Assembly: GCA_963709585.1 (NCBI GenBank)
Contig: CAVPXI010000014.1
Span: 1-64,000, forward strand
From: Candidatus Dormiibacterota bacterium
GTDB taxonomy: Bacteria; Chloroflexota; Dormibacteria; Aeolococcales; Aeolococcaceae
Reading direction: 5' to 3'
DNA: 64,000 bases
The translations under genes and the position numbers were made by a program. Below, in pieces: positions 1 to 9,900 of this stretch (its first letter is position 1; each line of letters starts with the position of its first letter). The notes beneath the pieces were generated by a model. It had not been told where the DNA came from and did no database searches. It saw only the letters and a program-made list of their open reading frames with translations.

Positions 1-19
1 GCACGGACGGAATTGGTGC

Positions 20-867
20 TTACTTCACGAAGCGCATCACGAACGCAAGCGCAGTGTCGGCGACCTCACGCCAGCCGCTGTCGATGACGAGCCCGTGCCC
101 GCGGTTGGGCATCTCGATGATCTCCGTGACTGCCTGGTTGCGCTTCTGCCGCTTGTAGGAGGCGTTCGCGATCGCCCAGGGGGCGGTGTTGTCCTTCTCG
201 CCGGAGATGATCAACAGCGGTCCCCGGTCGGGTTCTTGCTGTCCACCTTGGCCTCGGTCCGAGGGTTCAGGTTGGCTGTCGCCGCCTGGAAGAGCGGTGC
301 ACCGGACGCCGGCACCGCGAAGGTCTCGTACAACTCCTTGGCCTCATCCTCGCTGACGGCGTTGGCGAAGCCGTAGCGGAACTGCTCGTAGGTGAGCGGG
401 ATAGCGCGGTTGCGGTTGGCGGGGTTGCCAAGGATCGGTGACGCCGATTTCAGCGCCGAGAACGGCAGCGGCAGCACGCCGCGAAAGGGCGCAGGGTCGA
501 TCGCCACGGTGGCTGCCGACAGGCCGCGTCCCGCGATGATCTGAGCCAGGAGGCCCCCGAAGGAGTGCCCGATCACGGCGGGCTTCGCCTTGAGCTGCCC
601 GATCACTGCAGCGCAATGGTCGGCGACCTGACCCACGGTCTTGTGGGCGAACACCTCGGGATGAGCGTTGGCCTCTTCGACAGTCTCCGGGTCATCGGGC
701 CACCCCGGCTGGATCGGCGCGTAGCCTGCCTGCGCGAACACCGTCGCCCATCGGTCCCAGCTGTGCGGCAGCAGCCAGAGGCCGTGGATGAATACCACCG
801 GAGTCAGACCGCTCGTGTTGGCGCGATCCACCTGGTCGGCGAGGTCGGTTGCATGTGAGACGGACAT
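20..867 (-). CDS. alpha/beta hydrolase (non-heme haloperoxidase/esterase-like), one frameshift near 230
   Basis: FIHGLW and GHSFGG nucleophile motifs. The C-terminus (IISGEKD...NRGH) continues in the 20..214 frame. ATG at 867 follows an AAGGAGG RBS. Confidence 0.85.
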
Positions 868-1002
868 CGTTCCTCCTTGACCACGTCGCGGCAGTGGTCG
901 ATTCAGTGCTGGCTCGGCCGCAAATGACGTGGCACACCGCCACCATGGGCGCACGGCAGCGCACTTGATGTCACCTGGGTGACAGTTCCACGGGCCCCTT
1001 CC

Positions 1003-1686
1003 TCAGACGAGATTCGACAACGCCACGGCCTCCAGACGCACCGGGTCAAGGATCCTGACCCGGCGATGGGTGGTGGCGACAAGACCGCGTGATCGCAATT
1101 CGGCCAGGCCCCTAGTCACGACCTGACGTGCCGAGCCGATCCCGTCGGCGATCTCCTGTTGGGACACCTCTGCCTCCAGCACGCCGGTGGACAATTGGCT
1201 CCGACTCGCACGCTCGAGGAGATCGAACGCGACGCGCTGCATGACGGACCCGAAGGCGTGGAGGCCGATGGTACGCACGGCATGGGAGTAGCGAAGGGCG
1301 AGATCCGCAGCGACGGCGGCTCCCAACGCGGCGTCCGCGACGACTCGCCGACGCACGGCGAGAAGGTCGAGATGGGTCACGGTGGACTCCACCACGATTT
1401 GCACGGAGCCGTCGAAGGCGGCGCCCATGACGAGCAGCCCACCCATGAGCTCTCCCGGGTGTACGTACCTGACGGTGGTCTGGCGCCCCTCAGATGAGGA
1501 GAGGTAGATGCGGGCGAAGCCGGCATCAAGGATGTCCGCCCGGTCGGGGTCTCCCGGCTGAAACGCGATCGTCCCGGCGGCATATCGGATCTTGGTGCTG
1601 TTGACAAGAATCTGCTCGCAACTCCTGGGCGGCATGCCGCCCAGGAAGGTCGTGCTGCTCAATTCAAGGCCCGGCTGCGTCGCCAT
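1003..1686 (-). CDS. Crp/Fnr family transcriptional regulator
   Basis: cNMP-binding-like N-terminal domain (PGELMGG) and C-terminal HTH (SQQEIADGIGSARQVVTRGL). Confidence 0.85.
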   Translation of the reverse strand: MATQPGLELSSTTFLGGMPPRSCEQILVNSTKIRYAAGTIAFQPGDPDRADILDAGFARIYLSSSEGRQTTVRYVHPGELMGGLLVMGAAFDGSVQIVVESTVTHLDLLAVRRRVVADAALGAAVAADLALRYSHAVRTIGLHAFGSVMQRVAFDLLERASRSQLSTGVLEAEVSQQEIADGIGSARQVVTRGLAELRSRGLVATTHRRVRILDPVRLEAVALSNLV

Positions 1687-1776
1687 GTTCAGGAAACCCT
1701 CTGTCGTCGAGTTGAGTTCTGTGCCTGACCACCACCCAAGTGTCCAGCGGCGACCCCGGTGGCGAGGATCTTGATG

Positions 1777-2496
1777 TCAACCCTGTCCGCCGTTGACCGA
1801 CATGATGCCGTTGATCGTTTCGATGTAGGCGGTCATGGTCTGCGTGCAGCCCGTGGAGCTCCGTGCCGTGGTGTATTCGGCGTTGAACAGGTAGGTGCCG
1901 CTGCCGTTGAGCTCAGAGAGGCTGCCGGTGGCGCCTGAAACCCTGAACGGCCCGGTCTGGGTGATGGTGCCGACACAGGTCTTGGGGTCGAAACCGACGG
2001 TCGGCTGCCCGGCGCTGTGGTCGATACGGAAAGTGGTCCCGTCGATGACCGCGTTGTCGACGGCTCTACCCGGATGCTCGATCCCGCCTGCGTTGATCAC
2101 CCCAGTCACGATGATGGCGCCGGGACCGGCTGGGTTGGTCGAAGAGACATGGAAACGCTCGGTTGACCCGGAAGGCGCTGGTCCCCAGCCGTGAGGTGCG
2201 AAGCCCGACCACGCGCTGCCCGTGTCGGGGCCCCATACGCTCCAGGGGTTGACGCCCGCCCGACCAGGGGTTGTCGACAGTGCAGTGACCGAGGCAGTGG
2301 TCGAGGTGGCGGCCGCCGACGCGCCGATCGCCGCCCCCAACGATGCGGCCACCACGACACCCCCGGCGATGACCGCCGCGGCGACCCGAGACGATCTGCG
2401 CCAGAGGAAGAGGCCGATCACGGTGACCCACAGGGTGCCGAAGACCAACGGAAAGATCCACCAGAAGGTAAAGCCGCCGACCAAGTATCCGGGCAT
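1777..2496 (-). CDS. hypothetical membrane-anchored/secreted protein
   Basis: ATG at 2496 with GGAGG RBS. Two hydrophobic N-terminal segments, a Thr/Ser-rich linker and a beta-rich C-terminal domain with a Cys pair. Confidence 0.6.
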   Translation of the reverse strand: MPGYLVGGFTFWWIFPLVFGTLWVTVIGLFLWRRSSRVAAAVIAGGVVVAASLGAAIGASAAATSTTASVTALSTTPGRAGVNPWSVWGPDTGSAWSGFAPHGWGPAPSGSTERFHVSSTNPAGPGAIIVTGVINAGGIEHPGRAVDNAVIDGTTFRIDHSAGQPTVGFDPKTCVGTITQTGPFRVSGATGSLSELNGSGTYLFNAEYTTARSSTGCTQTMTAYIETINGIMSVNGGQG

Positions 2497-2710
2497 GTCG
2501 TGTTCCTCCGAGTCGTGTGTTGGATGCAACGGCACCATCGTCGGAGGCTCGCGGTACTCATGTCGTCCGTCCGGAAGCGACACCTTCGGCTACGTCGGGC
2601 GGCGTAGCTCAGTGACGACTTGCTTACGGGAGCGCTTGGCCCCGGTAGCCAACACCAGGAGGTGCAATGCCGAGTCAGCGGCTTGTTGGCGACAACGTTA
2701 GCGCGAACAC

Positions 2711-2742
2711 AAAAGCCCCGTCTCGGTTCTGAGACGGGGCTT
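2711..2742. terminator. intrinsic terminator hairpin, identical to the one at 13497-13528
   Basis: AAAAGCCCCGTCTC-GGTTCT-GAGACGGGGCTT; U-tract on the minus strand. Confidence 0.8.
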
Positions 2743-2769
2743 CGTGCGAGGTCAGCAGGTGACGAAGTC

Positions 2770-2823
2770 CTAGGCGGCACGCTCCAGGTGTTGCGCCGCG
2801 ACCACACTGGTCATCGGAGCCGC
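2770..2823 (-). pseudogene. 3'-end relic of an MMPL paralog
   Basis: Translates as ...APMTSVVAAQHLERAA*, against ...TPITRMVAAQHLERAA* in 13556..15688. Ungapped DNA similarity of 2711-2823 to 13497-13609. Confidence 0.7.
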
Positions 2824-2839
2824 AGCGTGCAGGTTCCTC

Positions 2840-3853
2840 CTATGCCCCGCGGCCACTCGGCAACAGCACCTGCTTGACGCCGCTTGACCCCTCCTGCACG
2901 GTCTGATAGGCCTCGACGCATCTCTCGAGCGGCCACGTTTTCACGGCCGGGGAAGCAAGAATGCCGCGGTCGAAGAGCGGACGGAGCTGGTCGAAGATGC
3001 GCGCGACGTGGGCCCCGTCCGTGAACACGCTCGCGAGTCCCGTGACGTGCAGTTGACGGCTGTAGATCTCATTCAGGTCGACCTCGATCGGCTCAGGGCC
3101 GCCGTGAAGTCCGACCATCCGACCGTCGAACCGGAGGCTGCGAAGAGCGGGTACGAACAGTTCGCCGCCGACCGTGTCCAGCACCAAATCGGCACCGCGC
3201 CCATCGGTAAGCGCGAGCACCGCCTCGCGAATGTCGCTTGAGCTGGTGTCGATAAAGTGTTCAACGCCGTCGGGTCTGCGCCGATCGGCAATGATCGGCT
3301 CCGCGCCACGCCACCGAGCGATCGCGGTGGCGGCCTGGCCAACCATCCCGGCTCCACCGGTGACCAGGATCGTCTCACCGGGCAAGAGATCCATGGTGTT
3401 GATCACCGTCTCCCAGGCCGCCCAATACGATCGGCCGACAGCAGCGGCCTCGGTCATGGTCAGCCGCTCAGGCTTGCGTGACAACCACGTCTCGGGGAGG
3501 GCGACGAAACCCGCATGCGTGCCCGGTCGCTTCATTCCCAGCGCCATTCCCAGCGATGGTCCGCAACCCCAAACCTCCTGGCCGGTGTGGCTTCCGTCGG
3601 AGACGACAATGCCGGCGAAGTCCCCGCCGGGGATCATCGGCAGCGGCGTGCCGAGAAGGCCCAAGGCGTTGACGACGTCGAGGGGGTTCACCGCGGCCGC
3701 GTGTACCTCGACGAGCACCTCCCCCGGACCCGGCACGGGCACCGGTTCGGAACGATAGGTCAACGACTGCGCTGGGGCGCCACTGGCCTGGATGACGACG
3801 GCGTCCATCTGCTGCTGCTCGTTACTGCCGGGGTGTCGGGTGTCGCTGGGCAT
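2840..3853 (-). CDS. NADPH:quinone oxidoreductase / MDR (zinc-binding ADH-like) family
   Basis: PGPGEVLVEVHAAAVNPLD, VTGGAGMVG and GADLVLDTVGG motifs. Confidence 0.9.
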   Translation of the reverse strand: MPSDTRHPGSNEQQQMDAVVIQASGAPAQSLTYRSEPVPVPGPGEVLVEVHAAAVNPLDVVNALGLLGTPLPMIPGGDFAGIVVSDGSHTGQEVWGCGPSLGMALGMKRPGTHAGFVALPETWLSRKPERLTMTEAAAVGRSYWAAWETVINTMDLLPGETILVTGGAGMVGQAATAIARWRGAEPIIADRRRPDGVEHFIDTSSSDIREAVLALTDGRGADLVLDTVGGELFVPALRSLRFDGRMVGLHGGPEPIEVDLNEIYSRQLHVTGLASVFTDGAHVARIFDQLRPLFDRGILASPAVKTWPLERCVEAYQTVQEGSSGVKQVLLPSGRGA

Positions 3854-3881
3854 CTCCAGCTCCTTTTGTTGTTAGTCATCG

Positions 3882-3930
3882 CTTGACGGGTCAAGTTAAC
3901 CTTAGCACCGGATCACTTGATCAGTCAAGT
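3882..3930. promoter_or_regulatory. two palindromic MarR-type operators (CTTGA-N4-TCAAG)
   Basis: CTTGACGGGTCAAG (3882-3895) and ACTTGATCAGTCAAGT (3915-3930) between the divergent oxidoreductase and marR genes. Confidence 0.65.
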
Positions 3931-3974
3931 CACCATCCTTAGGCGACGCTTTCCCGGTCACGTAAGATGAGCAC

Positions 3975-4472
3975 ATGAAACCGCCCGATACCGAGCCACG
4001 CTGGCTCAGTCAGGATGACCGCGAGGCCTGGGTGGCCTTTGCCAAGATGCTGATCTGGCTGCCGGCAGCACTCGACGACCAGCTACAGCAGGACTCCGGC
4101 CTGAGCCACTTCGAGTACGGCATCCTCGCTGCCCTCTCGGATGCAGACGGGGCAACCCTTCGGATGAGCGAACTGGCGATCTACGCGAACGGATCCTTGT
4201 CGCGCCTGTCGCGCGCAGTTACCCAACTCGAGCGTCGCCAGTGGGTGACACGCAGGCCGGATCCGGCTGATGGCCGCTACACCCTGGCCGCACTCACCGA
4301 CAACGGCAGAGCGGTCCTCGTCAAAGCGGCACCGGGGCATGTCGAGGCCGTGAACCGACTCGTCTTCGACAGGCTCACCGCCGCCCAGGCACGTCAGCTG
4401 CGCCTCATCGCAGGCCGCATCCTGAACGCCATCAACTCCGAAACCGACTTGACATCACGGCTGCGCCCTTGA
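3975..4472 (+). CDS. MarR family transcriptional regulator
   Basis: LRMSELA...SLSRLSRAV...DPADGR winged-helix signature. Confidence 0.9.
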   Translation: MKPPDTEPRWLSQDDREAWVAFAKMLIWLPAALDDQLQQDSGLSHFEYGILAALSDADGATLRMSELAIYANGSLSRLSRAVTQLERRQWVTRRPDPADGRYTLAALTDNGRAVLVKAAPGHVEAVNRLVFDRLTAAQARQLRLIAGRILNAINSETDLTSRLRP

Positions 4473-4475
4473 GAA

Positions 4476-5066
4476 CTACTCGTCGATGGGTCGGCCGTAA
4501 TCGACGGCGTCGAGAACCGCTGCCGGCGCGCTTGACCGGAGCGCGGCGTCGGGCCGAGCACCGAGGGCATCATTGACCGTCGAGAACGCGAGTCGCAGGG
4601 CGATGTACACCGTCATCCCGAAGATCTGCGCATCGCTGTATCCGGCATCACGCAGAGCCTGCACATCCATGGCTCCGATGTGATTCGGGTCGCGCGCGAC
4701 CTTGCGAGCCCATTGCGCCATCGCCTGCTCTTCGGGACTGAGGCGATCATCAACGCCGCGGAGAACGCCCGCGGCTGTCCCCGCGTCGGACTTGCTTGCA
4801 AGCTTCGTCCCCCAGGCCAATGAGCAGTAGGCGTCGCCGAGGGTTGATGCGCACGCAGTGACCAGGATGCCTCGCTGGCGGAAAGTCAGGCCTTCCGTCG
4901 CGTATGTCTCGCCCATGAGGTCGAACAGGTGGTTCAGGCTTGCCGGCTGATACGCCCAGAGCTTCGACACGTTCATGACGTACCCAAGCTCGGCGACGTC
5001 ATCGTCGAAGATGCGCTGTGCCTCGGCATCAGGCGCCGGTGCTGCGAGGAAACCAACCCCGCTCAT
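4476..5066 (-). CDS. carboxymuconolactone decarboxylase / AhpD-like protein
   Basis: Starts MSGVGFL, with an ATGA overlap to the upstream gene. LGYVMN...DAYCSLAWG and LRDAGYSDAQI motifs. Confidence 0.75.
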   Translation of the reverse strand: MSGVGFLAAPAPDAEAQRIFDDDVAELGYVMNVSKLWAYQPASLNHLFDLMGETYATEGLTFRQRGILVTACASTLGDAYCSLAWGTKLASKSDAGTAAGVLRGVDDRLSPEEQAMAQWARKVARDPNHIGAMDVQALRDAGYSDAQIFGMTVYIALRLAFSTVNDALGARPDAALRSSAPAAVLDAVDYGRPIDE

Positions 5067-5884
5067 ACCGTCGCCCTCGTGATCGCCCCGGGCTTGCGGG
5101 CAAGGTATCCCACAACATTGATCTCGGCTCGCAGGGGCAGCCCGTCCCGAACCCGCGTGCGAGCCTCTTGCGTCGCGGCTGCGACGAACGCCGCCTCGCC
5201 GACGTTCTGCATCGCCTCGTACGCCGGCCCGGTCGATGCGAGGGCGCGAGCGTACATCTCCGGGTCTGAGAACTCCCACGCGAAGGGGACGTCCACGCGG
5301 GCGACATCGATGAAGCCATACCCGCGAAGCAGATCCTCGCCGACGCCGGGCCGACCCAGTGCAACCATCGCCGCCTGATTCTCGACCTTCGCGGACGCCG
5401 CTAACCGAAACGGGGTGAGCGCCCAGGCACCTGGCGATACCTTGATGTGGCCCCACACAGTGAGCCCGACCCGACCGCCAGGTGCAAGGACACGATGGAT
5501 CTCACCAAGCGCTTCCGTGGTCGTTCCCCAGATGCCGCGGAAGCTGGTCGCGACATCGAAACTCGCGTCAACCCAGGGCATCGCGTACATGTCACCCACC
5601 CGAATATCGGCATCGGGGTTCCGGTCGCGCGCAATGGCCACGAGGCGAGACGACGCGTCAATAGCCGCGCAGTCGGCGCCTCGAGCACGCGCCAGCTCAA
5701 TGGCCAGACCTGCGCCGCAGGCCACATCAACAAGCCGGTCACCGTCGCTCACTCCGAGGCGGTGGTGCATCGCCACGTATTCACGGCAGTTGCCCGGTTC
5801 GCTCAGCGCGGCGAAATCGACGGCTTTGCGGCCCCAGCCTTCGTCAACGACTCTCCAGTCACTCTGCCTGCTGACGGTCGTCAT
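5063..5884 (-). CDS. class I SAM-dependent methyltransferase
   Basis: LVDVACGAG motif I, DASFDVA and RVLAPGGRV motifs. Confidence 0.9.
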   Translation of the reverse strand: MTTVSRQSDWRVVDEGWGRKAVDFAALSEPGNCREYVAMHHRLGVSDGDRLVDVACGAGLAIELARARGADCAAIDASSRLVAIARDRNPDADIRVGDMYAMPWVDASFDVATSFRGIWGTTTEALGEIHRVLAPGGRVGLTVWGHIKVSPGAWALTPFRLAASAKVENQAAMVALGRPGVGEDLLRGYGFIDVARVDVPFAWEFSDPEMYARALASTGPAYEAMQNVGEAAFVAAATQEARTRVRDGLPLRAEINVVGYLARKPGAITRATV

Positions 5885-7170
5885 CGTCCTGATCCTCCGG
5901 TACGCGACCTTGGCTCACGCAACGAAGCCATGGCTAAATGCTGTCGTGGTGACGACTCGTCGGACTCCGCAGGCAACGCGCTTTCCGCAAGCTCCGCGGT
6001 GATCCTGCTTGAGAACCCTCCCCCGAGCGGCGTGATGCCGCCCAGCACTCCGATGATCCGGGTCACCGCCTCGGGCCGGGTGGACGCCGCCTGATACAGA
6101 TCTTGCAGGTGAGGCGCCAAGGGGTCGAGCGACGCCGCACTCAAGGTGAGGCGGAAACCGTTCGCAGTCGCGGCATCGCGGCGCCGCTGGTAATCGCCCA
6201 AGGCTTGCTTCCACGGCCGCTCTCCGACAAGCGCCGCGTCGGCAGCCGTCGCCAGCAACTCGGCCGATGCGAATGCATCCGACATGCCGAATCCAGTGGT
6301 CGGATCCTTGTGGTGACCTGCGTCTCCGGCGAGTGCCCATCCGTCGCCGAACGAGGTTCGATAGTAGTTCAGCAGATCTGCTGCACCTCGGAAGCGCTCC
6401 TCGCGCCGTCCCAAGGCGAGCTCATCGCGAAGCCCTGGGATGACTTCGAGGGACCGCATAAAGTTGCCTTCGACGTCACGCCGAAACTCCGCGAATTCGG
6501 AGTGGCGGCCGGCTACGTAGACACACGTGAGACCGCCGTTCGTCGGCCAGCGAAGGATGAGCCGGCCGGGGCGCATGTAATACGTGGGTGATTGTGTCGG
6601 GACCCCGCTCCAATACGAGTAGTACACGAAGGTAAGCGGTGGCGCGCTCGTGTACGCCGTGGCTCCGACTTGTTCGGCGATCGATGAATGGCGGCCATCC
6701 GCACCCACGACCAATCGCGCATCGAGATGACTAGCCGCTCCGGACGCGGGCTTGATGTCAACGCCGCACGCGTGGCCTTCAGACCACCTGACGGACCGCA
6801 CCGACGTGCGGTCGAAGAGTTCGACACCGGCTTCGACGGCCCCATCGACAAGCAGGCTGTCGAGGACCGTGCGCCGAGGGCAGTAAGCCTCACTCACTCC
6901 CAGCACGGTCGGGACCCGGCCGGTGAGCACAACGGACCCGAAGTCGAACGTCAAAACGGGGATAGGGTCGCAACCCTGCGATTTCAGCCGGTCAAGAAGG
7001 CCCAAGGATGCAAGCCGCGCAGCGCCCTGCGGCCACAGAAAGTGACTGGAGATGGTGTCGCTGGGGAACGCCGCTCGGTCGACGAGCGCCACGCTGTGCC
7101 CGCGCCGCGCCAGGAGCGTCGCGAGTGACGCTCCTGCGCAGCGTGCTCCGACGACGACGACGTCATACAT
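5881..7170 (-). CDS. FAD-dependent oxidoreductase (geranylgeranyl reductase/halogenase-like family)
   Basis: YDVVVVGARCAG, GADGRHS and GDAGHHKDP FAD motifs. Confidence 0.85.
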   Translation of the reverse strand: MYDVVVVGARCAGASLATLLARRGHSVALVDRAAFPSDTISSHFLWPQGAARLASLGLLDRLKSQGCDPIPVLTFDFGSVVLTGRVPTVLGVSEAYCPRRTVLDSLLVDGAVEAGVELFDRTSVRSVRWSEGHACGVDIKPASGAASHLDARLVVGADGRHSSIAEQVGATAYTSAPPLTFVYYSYWSGVPTQSPTYYMRPGRLILRWPTNGGLTCVYVAGRHSEFAEFRRDVEGNFMRSLEVIPGLRDELALGRREERFRGAADLLNYYRTSFGDGWALAGDAGHHKDPTTGFGMSDAFASAELLATAADAALVGERPWKQALGDYQRRRDAATANGFRLTLSAASLDPLAPHLQDLYQAASTRPEAVTRIIGVLGGITPLGGGFSSRITAELAESALPAESDESSPRQHLAMASLREPRSRTGGSGR

Positions 7171-7194
7171 CCTCGTCAGCCTAGGACGGCGGCG

Positions 7195-7422
7195 TTATCC
7201 GACCGGTTGCCCGGCAGCGAGCGCTTTGACGTCGGCCGTCGTGAGGGGATTCCCGGCGATTCCCCAGTCCCCACTCTTGACCTCCTCAACGATGACCCAG
7301 GTCACCGGTCGCAACGCCTCGCCTTCTATTTCCACCATCGTGTCGGTGAGCCGCCGCACCATGTCGCGCTTCTGGCTCTCGTTGAACACTCCCTCGATCA
7401 GCTTGACGTTCACCAATGGCAT
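7195..7422 (-). CDS. 4-oxalocrotonate tautomerase family protein
   Basis: MPLVNVKLIEG start giving a catalytic Pro1, and a WGIAG motif. Confidence 0.9.
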   Translation of the reverse strand: MPLVNVKLIEGVFNESQKRDMVRRLTDTMVEIEGEALRPVTWVIVEEVKSGDWGIAGNPLTTADVKALAAGQPVG

Positions 7423-7440
7423 CGTGAGCACCTCCACGAA

Positions 7441-7498
7441 TAGCACGACCGATCGGTCGCTTGTATTTGGCGGACCATAGCACGACCGTTCGTGCTAT
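7441..7498. promoter_or_regulatory. two TetR-type operators
   Basis: ATAGCACGA-CCGT-TCGTGCTAT palindrome (7477-7498) and a related TAGCACGACCGATCGGTCGC (7441-7460) in the divergent intergenic region. Confidence 0.65.
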
Positions 7499-7507
7499 AC
7501 AAGCCTG

Positions 7508-8155
7508 GTGCCAACGCAAACGCCTCGTGGGCATGCCACCAAGCAGGGCATCCTTGAGGCCGCAGCCGCGATCGCGAGCGTCGAGGGGCTCGAGGGGCTC
7601 ACTCTCGGCAGACTTGCCACCGACCTCTCCATGAGTAAGAGTGGGCTGTTCGCGCACTTCGGCTCGAAAGAGGAGTTGCAACTCGCCACGATCGATCATG
7701 CGCGCCAGATCTACGTCGAGCAGGTGATCCTCCCCGGTCTGGCCCATCCGCCGGGCATCGCAACGCTCCAGGGACTTTGCGATCGTTACGTAGCGCTCAT
7801 GGAGCGACGGGTCTTCCCCGGCGGATGCTTTTTCGCGGCAGCCATGGCTGAATTCGATGCACGACCGGGGGTTGTCCGGGACACCATCGCGGCGGTACAG
7901 CGTCAATGGCTGGACATGCTCGAACGCGCCGCCCGAGACGGGATCGGCGCCGGCGAACTCGACAGCACCGTCGACCCGATCCAACTCGCCTTTGAGCTTG
8001 AGGCCGCGATGCTCTCGGCAAATTGGTACTTCCACCTCTACAGCGATGCGCGGTTCTTCGAGCTGTCGAGGAGGGCCGTTCAACACACGATCAGCGCGGC
8101 GGCCTCGCCGAAGGGCCGACGCGTCTTGGAAGCGGTGGTCCCGCCGGGGGCCTGA
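7508..8155 (+). CDS. TetR/AcrR family regulator
   Basis: LTLGRLA...SKSGLFAHFGSKEEL HTH, and a GGCFF C-terminal motif. Confidence 0.9.
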   Translation: MPTQTPRGHATKQGILEAAAAIASVEGLEGLTLGRLATDLSMSKSGLFAHFGSKEELQLATIDHARQIYVEQVILPGLAHPPGIATLQGLCDRYVALMERRVFPGGCFFAAAMAEFDARPGVVRDTIAAVQRQWLDMLERAARDGIGAGELDSTVDPIQLAFELEAAMLSANWYFHLYSDARFFELSRRAVQHTISAAASPKGRRVLEAVVPPGA

Positions 8156-8181
8156 TTCTGTCTGCAGGAGGACCACAACCG

Positions 8182-8580
8182 ATGCATCACGAGGTCATCA
8201 ACGGGCCATCAATGCCCAAGCCGATGGGGCACTACTCTCAGGCTGTCCGCGCCGGCGACCTCGTGTTCGTCGCTGGCCAGCCGGGCATCGATCTGGGAGC
8301 ATCGAGCGATCCCGCCACTGCGACAGCTGTACCGGGGGGATTCGAGGCCGAGTGGCGTCAGGCTTTCCGGAATCTCGAGGCAGTACTGAAGGCTGCCGGG
8401 AGTGGACTGGAACACGTGGTCAAGACCACGACGTTCCTCACGGATCTGGAGAACGGCGAGGCCGCGAATCGCCTCTACGCGGAATATTTCCCGACCAACC
8501 CTCCGGCGCGCTCGTCGCCGATCGTCAAGCTTCCGCGCGGCCTGCTGATCTCCATCGAGGCGATCGCAGTGGTTCCGTAA
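8182..8580 (+). CDS. RidA/YjgF family enamine deaminase
   Basis: GHYSQAV, FVAGQ, PPARS and IEAIA motifs. ATG after GGAGG. Confidence 0.9.
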   Translation: MHHEVINGPSMPKPMGHYSQAVRAGDLVFVAGQPGIDLGASSDPATATAVPGGFEAEWRQAFRNLEAVLKAAGSGLEHVVKTTTFLTDLENGEAANRLYAEYFPTNPPARSSPIVKLPRGLLISIEAIAVVP

Positions 8581-8619
8581 AACATCGCCGCATCCCGTTG
8601 GCGACAGGCGCCCAGCAGG

Positions 8620-8771
8620 TGGCGAGCGGGAATCCGCTGCCACGCATCGCCATCGGCGGCTACTCGATCGTCGAAGCTCCAGACGTGGACGCGGCGACCG
8701 CGATCCTGCGCACCCACCCGTTTGTGGCCCGGGGCGGGACCTTTCGTGTCGACGCGGTGGTGTCGGTGTGA
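8620..8771 (+). pseudogene. C-terminal fragment of a YciI/DGPF-like protein
   Basis: IGGYSIVEAPDVDAATAI...GG resembles IGGYSLVSADNLDAAVALA in 10068..10421. No start or N-terminal half is visible. Confidence 0.5.
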
Positions 8772-8883
8772 CGCACGGTATTTACCCCGGGTGAGCGTGG
8801 CGTCATGCGACTGGCGACATGTGCCGTGAGTACCGGCCAGTCGATGGCAACTGATTGAGCATGACCGAGGTCGTTTGCGCTGC

Positions 8884-9900
8884 TCAGCCGGGAAGGGTCG
8901 TCGGGAGCCCGAAGCTAGAGAGCACACCGTTGTCGAACCTCGTGATGGCGGAGATCCGGTCGCCGGCCAGCGTCACCACCTGCAGACCGACCGCGTGCAG
9001 CACGGCACTATGTGGGTCGGGCCGGTACAGGCCGAAGGCCAGTTGGCCGTTGGCCCGGGTCGGGACCAGACGGAACCTGCGTCCCGTCCGGAAGATCGCG
9101 GCGAAGAAACGGGTCACCACGTCGAGCCCCTGGTACTCCAACGGCAGGGGCGGCATTGCCACCAGGACGTCCTCGGTGAGCAGCGCGACCAACCCATCCA
9201 GGTCGCCGCTGGCATAGGCCTGCGTGAGCTTTTCAACGAGCTGGCGTTCAACGAGGGAGCCAGGTGCAGGCGGCGGCTCATTCAGCCAGGTCGAAGAATG
9301 TTGGCTGCGGAGCGTGGCGCGGGCCCGTTTCAGCGCGCTGGTCACCGACTCCTCGCTCGACTGGAGGATGTTGGCGACCTCGCCGGCGCGAAAGCCCAGG
9401 ACATCGCGGAGGATGAGCACGACTCGCTGGCGGGGCGGCAGCAGCTGCAGTGCGGTCACGAACGCCAGCGAGATGGCTTCCCGTAACTCGTAGCGCGCCT
9501 CAGGCCCGGGCTCGCGGTCGACCAGCCCCTGCAGGAGAGCGTCCGGGTACGGCTCCAGCCAGAACACCTCGCCCAGGCCCGTGGGCTCGGGAACCTCAAG
9601 GTGCAGCACGGGCGAGTCCACGTTCGGACGCCGTCGCGCGGCCCGCAGCGCGTTGAGGCAGCGGCTGGTCGCGATCCGATACAGCCACGTGCGCATCGAG
9701 GCACGCCCCTCGAAGGCTTCCAGCCCTCGCCACGCCGCCAGCAGTGTTTCCTGGAGCGCGTCCTCGGCGTCCTGCACTGACGCCAGCATCCGGTAGCAGT
9801 GGACCTGCAGCTCGGCCAGGTACGGGTCGACGAGCCGGCGGAACGCCTCCTCGTCTCCTGCGCGGGCCCGATCGATCAGGTCTGTACTCAGCAACTCCAC
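8884..9900 (-). CDS. ECF sigma-70 factor with C-terminal SnoaL-like domain (SigG-like)
   Basis: HCYRML...DAEDALQE...WLYRIAT region 2, LPPRQRVVLILRDV region 4, and a MPP...TRANGQ SnoaL tail. Confidence 0.9.
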   Translation of the reverse strand: MELLSTDLIDRARAGDEEAFRRLVDPYLAELQVHCYRMLASVQDAEDALQETLLAAWRGLEAFEGRASMRTWLYRIATSRCLNALRAARRRPNVDSPVLHLEVPEPTGLGEVFWLEPYPDALLQGLVDREPGPEARYELREAISLAFVTALQLLPPRQRVVLILRDVLGFRAGEVANILQSSEESVTSALKRARATLRSQHSSTWLNEPPPAPGSLVERQLVEKLTQAYASGDLDGLVALLTEDVLVAMPPLPLEYQGLDVVTRFFAAIFRTGRRFRLVPTRANGQLAFGLYRPDPHSAVLHAVGLQVVTLAGDRISAITRFDNGVLSSFGLPTTLPG

